Below, piece by piece: positions 1 to 9,291 of a stretch of 33,374 nt of DNA. The notes beneath the pieces are model-generated. The model did no database searches. It saw nothing but the letters and a program-made list of their open reading frames with translations, and was not told where the DNA came from. The DNA is taken from the NCBI GenBank assembly GCA_030167865.1, contig JALAGF010001929.1, forward strand, positions 1 to 33,374. Direction: 5' to 3'. The position numbers were made by a program, and so were the translations under genes. Source of the DNA: Craspedostauros australis. Taxonomy: Eukaryota. Within the stretch, counting starts at the first letter, position 1; every line of letters starts with the position of its first letter.

Positions 1-449
1 TGCGCAGATTGTGAAAATGCCAGGGATGATAATGATGATCATGGGTGCTGAAGGTAGGGCAGCATGGTGCCATCGAGAATTTTTTGCACCCACCACCTGA
101 CAGACAGCAAGCCAAAACGACATTAAAAATAAAGTTCATACAAATTTAACTAAGATATTCAGAATAAACGATAGCCAAGCGTCCGAATGAACTGTCTAGT
201 TTTAATTTTAAATGGTGCGTTGTTGAGATATAACATCATAAGCAGTTGTTTGGATGGTTTTGGGTGTGCTCTAATTTAGTCTACTTTATCACGACTCATC
301 ACGAGTAAAACTCAAAAAACACTCCACAACTAGTGTTATCGTGAGTGCATCAACTGCGACCTGGAGGTCGTACCCATGCACATGCACATGGCCTCGCAGA
401 CCGGAGTATCACACTCTCACCAGCACAATTGACTTGAATCGCAATCACA

Positions 450-2537
450 ATGGGGGACGTTGCGCAGATCCTGGGAGGTGCCCAACTGGGCCAAAATGGG
501 AACGAGACCAACGATCGGATTTCGGAGATCATGCAGCGCGGCAAGCAGGGCCAGCACGAGATGGTGATGATCGTGCCCACCGCGACATCAGCGCCTGCAT
601 CATCGGCAACAGTGACAGCATCCGCAAAGGCAGTGGTCACCGCATCTGGAAGCGCCAATGCAAACGGGCAGGACCATGCCACGGACACTGGTGCTGCGCA
701 GAATGGCGCAAGCGAAGTCGTCGTGAAGATCGGAAATCGATCCATCTCCAGCGCCAAGAAGGCACGCAAATGGGCGTGGGCCAAGTTCGCATCGTCCGCC
801 AGGACGGATGGCACCATGTTCAGCCATTGGGTGCGAGCGGGGATCGAGTACACGGACTACCCCTACGCCAAGTTCGACATCCATTTGGATCCCGTGGCGT
901 ACACCGACCAGCAGTACGCGAAGTTCCTGGCCAGCGATGCTTGGACGAAGAGCGAGACTGACAAGCTCATGGAGCTGTGTCGCAGGTACGAGCTGCGCTG
1001 GGCAGTCGTGCACGATCGGTGGATGGAGCATTACTCGTTGGACAAGAGCCCGCAACTTCTGGCGCAGCGCAAGCTGGAGGAACTGCAGTATCGGTATTAC
1101 TCTGTCGCGGCCATACTGTCGCAGACGCACATATCCGAAGAAGCGGCGGCGGAGGCGCGGGCGTTGATCAAGATATCATCCGGCATGCCACCGGATGCCG
1201 ACAAGGACAAGGCGGACAAGATTCTCATGGAGACAGCTGCCGCACGCGCCATGGCAAGCATGAAGCCGAACCAGCAGCCGCTCATCAACACGGTTGGGAC
1301 GGGATCGTCCAACAAGCTCTTCGATATCAATCGTGAATACAAACGGCGGCGGCATCTGGAGCAGCTATGGCAGAGGAGCAAGGAAGATGAGGCGGAGGAG
1401 CTGAAGCTGCGTGCGGAATTGCGTCTGGTCGAAGCCCAGTTACGAAAATTGAAGAAGAATGGTGGCCACGTTATGGCGGCAAACAAACGGCAGAAGACCG
1501 GAGCATCGGCGACGCAAGCATCCGCAGCGGCGGCCGGCGCAGCAACGGGCGCCACAGCAGGCATGCCCGCCCAAGCTGCGCAGCTCTTGTCGCTGAAATC
1601 GGGCTCGTCCATGGTGGAGGACAACTCCGCCTTCCTGGACGGCTGCTTTTCATCCACGGCTCCAACGGCGATGCCTGGCAATCCGTACCTGCAATCCGGG
1701 CGTTTGATGCCGCCGGCCACGGGCGGGTCGGTTGGATTGAACAAGGCTCTGCTGCTGCGCATGGACACGATCCTGTCAGAGCTCAAGATACCGAAGCGCC
1801 CGCTGCCGACCAAACGAGTTTGCGACGTGTACGATTCCGTGCGCAAAGATGTCCTCAAGCTCCTCACGTTGCAAAAGGTGGTGCTGCAAAAGGAGGGAGC
1901 GCTGCAGGGACGCAGATCCAAAGTTACCAAGCTCTTCGGCGGCGGTGGCGGCGTGACGGAAGAGAAGGCGTTGCTGGGCATCTCGCCGATCGCATCGCCG
2001 CCAGCACCGGCGCCTACCACGACGAATTCTGCTGCTGGGACGACCACGGGGCGTGGTAAGACGGGACGCGCCACCAAATCCAAGGCAGGCGGCGTGGGAG
2101 GCAAGGGCAAATCGCAAAGCAAGAAAGCCGCCGCCGCAGATGCAAGCGGCGGTGTAGGAGAAACCACGACGACGCCCAAGAAGAAGGCGGCCACGAAACG
2201 GAAACGGAAGTCAGATGCCAAAACGGGTGCTGCTGGTGCCGCCACGTCCTCCAGGGTGGTGTCGTCCACGAGTGCGACGGTTAAGGCAGGTTCTGCCGCA
2301 GGAAAGACGGCAGCCAAATCAGCTGCCTCCAAAACTGCTGTTGTAACAACAGCACCAACGGCGGCTGCTCCTGCTGCTGCTACTAAAACAGCGGGCGACA
2401 AGGCGACGTCAACAACGAAAGCTGCTCCGACAGCAGCTCCTGGCGCTGCAGCCACCGCTACCACAGCCGTGCCTGCTACGAAGGCTACAGCAGAAGGCAC
2501 GAAAGGGAGTGCCAAGAAGCGTGCGAAGAAAGCCTAA
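450..2537 (+). CDS. DMAP1: DNA methyltransferase 1-associated protein 1 / Swc4 (Eaf2), SANT-domain subunit of NuA4/SWR1 complexes
   Basis: 695-aa intronless ORF. The block KWAWAKFASSARTDGTMFSHWVR...YPYAKF...YTDQQYAKFL...WTKSETDKLMELCRRYELRWAVVHDRW...LEELQYRYYSV matches the DMAP1/Swc4 N-terminal and SANT region. It is followed by a coiled coil (EYKRRRHLEQLWQRSKEDEAEE) and the PTKRVCDVYDSVRKDV block. Ends in a long K/A/T-rich tail. Confidence 0.9.
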   Translation: MGDVAQILGGAQLGQNGNETNDRISEIMQRGKQGQHEMVMIVPTATSAPASSATVTASAKAVVTASGSANANGQDHATDTGAAQNGASEVVVKIGNRSISSAKKARKWAWAKFASSARTDGTMFSHWVRAGIEYTDYPYAKFDIHLDPVAYTDQQYAKFLASDAWTKSETDKLMELCRRYELRWAVVHDRWMEHYSLDKSPQLLAQRKLEELQYRYYSVAAILSQTHISEEAAAEARALIKISSGMPPDADKDKADKILMETAAARAMASMKPNQQPLINTVGTGSSNKLFDINREYKRRRHLEQLWQRSKEDEAEELKLRAELRLVEAQLRKLKKNGGHVMAANKRQKTGASATQASAAAAGAATGATAGMPAQAAQLLSLKSGSSMVEDNSAFLDGCFSSTAPTAMPGNPYLQSGRLMPPATGGSVGLNKALLLRMDTILSELKIPKRPLPTKRVCDVYDSVRKDVLKLLTLQKVVLQKEGALQGRRSKVTKLFGGGGGVTEEKALLGISPIASPPAPAPTTTNSAAGTTTGRGKTGRATKSKAGGVGGKGKSQSKKAAAADASGGVGETTTTPKKKAATKRKRKSDAKTGAAGAATSSRVVSSTSATVKAGSAAGKTAAKSAASKTAVVTTAPTAAAPAAATKTAGDKATSTTKAAPTAAPGAAATATTAVPATKATAEGTKGSAKKRAKKA

Positions 2538-2753
2538 CATACAGTGTGTGCATGAGCAATGCGCCAACCACTGTATTGTCTCGTTTCCACGGCACAAATG
2601 TACCATGCGTGGATACACGATGCTGCATCGTGCAATCATAACTCAGAGTAGTATTGTGAAAGCACCCCTCCTATTGGATAATACATTGATTCCACTATGC
2701 ACAATAACATATACCCTACAATGGTATACTAGTATTCGTATTGCTCCCCCTTC

Positions 2754-4670
2754 TCACATTGGCCTGCCATCATGCACCATTCGCTTGAGCTCCTTTGCCT
2801 TGGCTTCCAGCGCCTGTATTTGGGAACGGTATCGTTCCTCCAGGTTCTTCTCGATCGCGCATAGACGTTCTTCAAAACGAGCCTCGAGGGCAGTCATCTG
2901 GTTCTGAACGCGCTCATCGATGATGCGTTCCATGCTTTCCTGCGTCATGGCGCCGTTCTGCTTGCCTGCGTAGCTGTTGTATCTATCCTGCAGGTTGAAA
3001 CCCGACTTGGGGCCTGGCAGACCGCAAACCACCTGCCGTTTGCTTGGCGATCCCTGCATGTGATCCTCTGGCATGCCGGTGATCGTCGAGTTGGCAACCG
3101 AGAAGGCGTCCGCGTTGGCCGGTCGTTCTTCCACAACGATCTCGGGCACGTTGAGGCCGGACCGTGACGGTGAAGAGATCGGCAGACCGCGGTTGGGACC
3201 ATTGATTGCTGCCAGGAAGACATTCGCGACTTTTGTTGACGATTTGGAGGATCGGCTCGTGATGGAATTGGTCGAAGTTTGGTGCTGATTCGTTGCCGAT
3301 GATGGGAATCGGGAACCGCCCTTGGCCACGACAGGTGCCGATTGACCGGCCGATTTGTAATGAGCTGATCCTCGAGCAGCGCTTATGGGTTCATTGCCCA
3401 CGGCTCTCTGACCACCGTCCATGGTGTTGGAGACTGCGGAATGGTTGGTGTGTGACGACGCTGGCATGGTGGGACCGTTGGGTGGCGCCTGCGTCTCATT
3501 TGCACCAATATCGACGGTGTATTTGCCTGGCCGCGATGGTGACATGGCCTCCGATTTTCTCCCGGCATACCCGTCAACCTTGTGAGGCATCTGGTCGTTG
3601 GGCCTCATTCCAAAGCTGCGTCGGCTGTATCGCGGGACAGGCTTGGCGGGGTTGAAGGCATTGATTCTGTCGCGGATCGAGACTTGCCGAGCCGACGCGT
3701 CTGCTTCTCCTCCGTCCTGCATGACGGGATCGTCATCCTTCTTTTCGTCCTGTTCCATATCCCCGGCGTTGGCCACCTCATGGTATGCTGCGTTGGAGGT
3801 CAATGCATTGACGCTGGCGCCGTTTGCGTGGGGGTTGGAATGCACATGCGTTCGTTTCTGCGCTGACGAAGACAGGTTGGAATAGCGGCTGTCGTATGCA
3901 GCAGGTTGCTTGGCAGGTCCGTAGACGGAATACTGTCTGCCATCGTTGGCATTCGCGGGATGAACCGCACGATCCGACCTGCCCATACCCCCTGCATTTG
4001 CGGTGGTCCCAACCACTGCAGTAGCTTTGGCGGCCGATGAATTCCCGATGGTGCTGCCGACACGGTGTATTTCTGGCACGTTGACGCTCCGGTCCATGGA
4101 GCCGGTTCTCGCAATCATGGTCGGCGACATTGGCTTCGCAGGCGTTGTGGCGACAGCAGGCGGTTCGCTGAAGTTGTTCTCCGCAGCATGGTGATGCGGA
4201 TGATGCCCGCCGTGGCGCATAGCATTGGTGGGCGTGAGGGGTTTCTCTCGGTTGACGATCTTGTCCCACCTGGCCTGCATGCGACCTCGCGATAGCGACC
4301 GCGTCCGCCGCTGATCATCGTCCTCGGGGGTGTCGCCTCTGCCACGATGCTGTTGTTGAGGCTGCTGATGTTGGGGCTGGTGCTGCTGCGTCCTTTGCAG
4401 GGGAGCGGTCTGGAAGTTGTGAGCAGCGGCCTTGATGGTGCTGGCGTTTGCGCTGCCGTCTGCATCGTAGCGATACATGGAGCGTCCTCTGCCTGCGGAA
4501 TCCAAGGACTGCTTCGACACGCCCATGCGATCGTAGACCTCCTGGATGATGTCCCTGCTGGTGGGAGGCGTGCTCCTCCCGACGCTGCGGCTCCTCCGCT
4601 GTCCGCCGTTCCTCGACAGGGCATCCTTCCCATGGATCCCCATCCTCGAGAAGGATGCAGCATTGCTCAT
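2754..4670 (-). CDS. Hypothetical low-complexity protein (~638 aa) with C-terminal coiled coil
   Basis: Long ORF (2754..4802 in the track, non-ATG start). The first in-frame ATG is at 4670 (MSNAASF...). S/R/P/N-rich and probably disordered, with a heptad-like C-terminus (MERIIDERVQNQMTALEARFEERL...LEAKAKELKRM). No family recognised. Confidence 0.7.
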   Translation of the reverse strand: MSNAASFSRMGIHGKDALSRNGGQRRSRSVGRSTPPTSRDIIQEVYDRMGVSKQSLDSAGRGRSMYRYDADGSANASTIKAAAHNFQTAPLQRTQQHQPQHQQPQQQHRGRGDTPEDDDQRRTRSLSRGRMQARWDKIVNREKPLTPTNAMRHGGHHPHHHAAENNFSEPPAVATTPAKPMSPTMIARTGSMDRSVNVPEIHRVGSTIGNSSAAKATAVVGTTANAGGMGRSDRAVHPANANDGRQYSVYGPAKQPAAYDSRYSNLSSSAQKRTHVHSNPHANGASVNALTSNAAYHEVANAGDMEQDEKKDDDPVMQDGGEADASARQVSIRDRINAFNPAKPVPRYSRRSFGMRPNDQMPHKVDGYAGRKSEAMSPSRPGKYTVDIGANETQAPPNGPTMPASSHTNHSAVSNTMDGGQRAVGNEPISAARGSAHYKSAGQSAPVVAKGGSRFPSSATNQHQTSTNSITSRSSKSSTKVANVFLAAINGPNRGLPISSPSRSGLNVPEIVVEERPANADAFSVANSTITGMPEDHMQGSPSKRQVVCGLPGPKSGFNLQDRYNSYAGKQNGAMTQESMERIIDERVQNQMTALEARFEERLCAIEKNLEERYRSQIQALEAKAKELKRMVHDGRPM

Positions 4671-5074
4671 GATGGTTGATGGCCGATGGTCAGGACCTTC
4701 CCACTTTGGATGTGGATGCGGAGATGGATGCGGAGATGGATGGGGACGATGTGTTGACTGGACTGGTCTTCGGAGGTGACTGTCGTCGGCAGGAAGGAGC
4801 AACGAATGAAGCTGGCGAAGACTGAGGCGTCGACACAGATGTGAAGGGTGTTAGCGCGACGTATTATATATTCTATATCAGAGAGCGGAGTGTGATTGAT
4901 GGTTCTCTAAAGATGGTGGATAACGTCGGTTCCTACTCCGGCTGATACTCCATGTCACCACACTGCAACTCTAGCGCTTCAAGTAAGGAAAGCGCTGTTT
5001 GTATGTTGGCAACATGCAAGAGCAGAGGTACGGGGACAAGCGGAGATGTCGGGAGCTTCGACAAAGAGGAACGA

Positions 5075-5095
5075 CAACAACAACAACAACAACAA
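5075..5095 (+). repeat. (CAA)7 microsatellite, intergenic
   Basis: Read directly from the sequence. Confidence 0.85.
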
Positions 5096-6966
5096 TGATG
5101 AGCACCGCTTCTGGTGCGTCTGTTTTACTCGCGCAGCAACGGCAGTGAAGCCGCTTTGTTACCGTTGGTGGCGTATCAAGAATCTACCACGCACTTTGTG
5201 GTCGTCCAAATTCAAAATGCTGAGCTCGTTCTGCAAGGCATTTAGTCGTTTGAAGCAAGCATTGTTGGATCATTCAATTATATGCAGATGTGAATACCAT
5301 CAAACGACATGGATTGAAGAATTATCCGACAAAATGCCTGGTTTTTGGTCGGAGGAATCCATCTTCGTACAACAACACGGTGCTAGTATGATAACTACGT
5401 CGTCGTACGGATGCTTGTGCCTGCGGAACAACACAAAATCTTTTGGCTTTTGTAAACGACACACTGTTGGTTTGTTGGCAAGCTGTTGAATAGTGTTATA
5501 ATTGCGTCAAGCATATAATACGGACGAGCACTTCATGAAGTTGCCGAAGACGGCACGCAAAGGCGACCCTAATCTTCCAAACACAAGTATTGTGAAGGAG
5601 GAGTCGGGATCTGATGACATGCCCTGCGATTGGACTTGAACATACGATCTGGCGCCGTGTCCTGTGCGATCTGGATAAAGTGCGAAGGTGAAGACGACTC
5701 TACTCCATCAGTGATATGCAGCACCATGCAGCACAATGCCGATTGTACGAGTATGGATGGTAGGAGCGTCTGAGAAGTAGATTCGGAAGGGTTCCTGGCC
5801 TCACATCCCCACAGAAATGGTTGGCCATTTGCACGCATCGCACGAGCTAAGGACAGAAGCACCGCACACAGTCTACCATAGACTGATCTAGACTAGTGAT
5901 CATCAGCCTTGCACTCTTGTCGACCATGATCGAATCCTAATATTCCGTCCTAATCATAGAGTACATAAAAGTTTGCGTGTGTGCGTGTGTGGATGTGTGC
6001 AGATGCCAGGATGTGTGGACTGTTGTTCTGTCCTCACTCACCATGCGTGTAGCAGAATGCTGTGCACAATTGCACATCATCGTTGAACACGATAATATTG
6101 TGTGCCCGATAGACTCCGCTGGTGCTTCGTGTTCGATTTCACGTGTCTGATCGAATGTCGTGAATCATAAATATTATTAGGATACGAAGGATACACTCAT
6201 TTATGAGCGTCATAGTACTTAGATGCCATTGGCCACATCCTATCCGTTGAATCAGGCCAAAAGCGTTGAGGGAGTCAAACAAAAGTGAGATAACCGTACC
6301 ACGCCAATCGCACGTTACGGATAACGAGTGGGAAACAACATCAACAACCACGAAAAGACGCGAAGAGATTTGCGCCGAGAGGAGTGAGCGAGTCCTGAGG
6401 TCGTGTGTTCATCGGTTGGGAAAAATCTCGCGGAGACAGCAACACGATGGCAACAACAACCGACAACAGTGGAGGACGCACAGATACCACACACTCAACC
6501 CAACATCGTTCCTCACTCCACCGACATCTTGGCTCGCTGTGACCTTCGCATCAGTTCCTCCTTTTGCCTTTTGCGTTTTGCTTATTGGTTGCAGTGCCGT
6601 GAAACGCAGCGACCAACCCCACTCAACGACGTTCGTCGATAGTCCTTCGCGACCCTTGATAACGCACACATCACCATCTTCATCTTCATCGTCGGTTCAA
6701 CAACGTCCAACTACACCCAGCTGCACTCAACAACACACTCAACAACGCACTCAACTGCGCTCCACTGCATCGACTTCAATCGGAAGGCATTCATCAACGG
6801 TCAGGAAGCAACCAAATCAGCCGACAACGATCTTCGCCTCACATTCAGAGAAGAATAGGAAGGGGAGAGGAAGAAGAAGAGGGAACACAGCCCATCCATC
6901 GGTTGATCGTGTGCAGAGTCCATCCGCGTGTTTGACAACAGCAATCGTCGCAGACACGAAGCAACG

Positions 6967-8801
6967 ATGCCAGGAACGAACCCAGCCAGCAAGCGGCACA
7001 AGCCAGACGGAGGTCCAATGGGCGGTCCTCATGACGGCTACCACTCGGGATACGGACGCATGCCACCGCAGGGGGCCTACCAGCACCCCCAGTACGGTGC
7101 ACCAGGAAGCCTCGGTCACATGGGGCCGCAGTCGGGATACATGCCGTGGCAGCATGGACCCGGGCAGTACGGAGGCCATCCTCCGCATCCACCCCCGCAT
7201 TCGTGGGGTCCAGGCTCCGTGTCGGCGCCCCCACCAAACGCAATGTATGGTCAGCGCAACAGCGCACATTCGGCACCTGCCATGACGCCTGAACGGCCGG
7301 GATACGGAGGTCCACCGCCGTCCTACAGAGGACATGGACCACCGCCACCAGGACCAATGTCGGGCACCCCCGCGAGCAATTCGAGAATAGCCAAGATGGG
7401 GACGCCAGGCAGCCGGCATGCCAGCGGCTCCAAGACGCCCGATCCCTCCGTGAGCGCGGCTCCGCCACCTGGCAGTGGACACGACGGCCCACCACCACCC
7501 AATGGCGGACCCGGTGGTGGTGCCGGCGGCGGCGGTTACCAATGGAATCAGTCGCACGGGGGAGGACAGCAGTGGCCACAGCACCAGTGGGGCAACGCGC
7601 CACAAGCGCAATCTCAACCGCACGGAGTGTACGGCAGCAGTCCGCCACCGCCCCCACCAACCTCCATGGGTCAGCCCGCATATGGACAACCGTACGGATC
7701 CAACTCACCCGCCCGCGTGTCGCAGAACCGGCCGCGATCCTCGCCCAACATGATGGCCGGTTACAACAATGGGCCGATGCCAGGTGGCGGCGTGATCTGC
7801 CCGCCAGTATCGGATGCACCCGACACGGAGACGTACACCGGACGCAGCACCGGACAAGGGTACGAGGAAGATGGCAACGCCTCGGAGACCGGGCGAGAAA
7901 CGGGAAGCACGAAGGACAAAGGACGCGGGAGCTACAAGTGCGGAAGGGTACGTCGTCTTTGCATGCATGTGTGCATCTGTTTGTTGGTGTTGTCATTCTG
8001 TCCTGTCCCATTTGTTGGTCGGCATTGGGGTGCAATGCGCAACGCACAGATCTAACAGAACATTTCTTTTTGCTTCTGCTACGCACGTTATAATTGTGTT
8101 TGCGATTGCAATTGCAATCCTCCCCACCCACATACACATTCGATACACATATACCATGCCACCCTCCGTGACCCCTTCTATTTCATTTTCGTTTGCGATC
8201 GCAGTGCGGAGTCCCAAAGAAAGGCCACGTTTGCCCGTACCAACCGAAGGTCAGCAGACGACCCGGCGAACCTTTGCCAGAAATGAGAAGCGCAGCCGTG
8301 CAGGTGGAGATGGACGAGTTCATGACGTTGCGTCGTTTGAACATCAAAATCCAGGGTTTGCCGGAATCGTACGCGACGGAAGCTGGGATGGACGATTCGG
8401 ACATCAACTGCATCGGCGAGCCGCATCCGCAGATGATTACGCTGGAATCGGGCGATGGCACCAGAAAGCAAGTGGTGCAGCACTTGCGCGGGCACGAGGG
8501 TGATCACCAACCACATCAGCAGTCGATGAGGCAGCACAACGATTCTGGTCGACAACCACCAATGCAGCAACATCAGTCTCACATGGATCCGACCGATCCT
8601 GCGAAGGGGCCACCACCGACCTCTGTGGATACGGGCGTAGGACCGGGTCCAGAGTTGGAATTCAACGACCTAGCACCGACAGGCAGCGGCACAGAATTGA
8701 ATTTGCAGGAACCAGAAACGACCACGACGGGTGTTGGCCCGGATTCCGACCTCGGGGACTCCGCCCTGTCGCTCCCGGAACACAAGGTGGCAGGCGTGTG
8801 A
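6967..8801 (+). CDS. Gly/Pro/His/Tyr-rich low-complexity protein with CCHC-type zinc knuckle (~525 aa, 2 exons)
   Basis: Exons 6967..7947 and 8205..8801. The phase-0 intron 7948..8204 (GTACGT...polypyrimidine...GCAG) joins GSYKCGR to CGVPKKGHVCPYQP, creating C-x2-C-x6-H-x-C. An ordered-looking segment (SAAVQVEMDEFMTLRRLNIKIQGLPESY) follows. Confidence 0.8.
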
Positions 8802-9291
8802 AGACGATACCCGCTTTAGACCGGTCCTTGTACTGGTATGTACTCGTGGAGAGACTACGATGTGTCATGGCAAGTCTCGGATGACATGAATCCATCGACG
8901 CCAGGAACATATTATGATATTATAATACTTTCAGCACAATAAACCAAACGTTCACGGCCACAACATCTACGATGTGTTTTTGATGCTCTGGACTATCGGG
9001 AGACGGCTCGCCGACTTTGTCGGATTGAGATTTCCTCCTCCTTGCCTTTTGAACGAGTACATGACACACGTGAGACGACTTCGCGGAGACTGAGATCGAA
9101 GTGGAGGGAAACTTTGGGGTTCCGGATGCACACTCAAATCTTGCCACAAGTCGTCAGCTACTTCCTTTCATTCAGCTTGATTTCGATGTCCAGAGCATCC
9201 GTAGTCGTACCATACTTCCACACTCGCTCCCCACTCCTCCCTTTCCACTTCGGTTGGCACAACCAAACCTTGCACCTGTCTGTACTGTACA

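Noticed and set aside
120..335. AT-rich stretch upstream of DMAP1 considered as a transposon end
   Set aside because: No terminal inverted repeat, target-site duplication or transposase fragment visible; compatible with ordinary promoter DNA.
1097..2515. 472-aa antisense ORF inside DMAP1
   Set aside because: It mirrors the sense frame of a GC-rich, low-complexity CDS and has no domain signal; a typical shadow ORF.
6266..7285. 339-aa ORF overlapping the zinc-knuckle gene in another frame (also 6845..8137 on the minus strand)
   Set aside because: Non-ATG or intronic starts, S/T/R-rich composition derived from leader sequence and frame-shifted GC-rich coding DNA, and no motifs.
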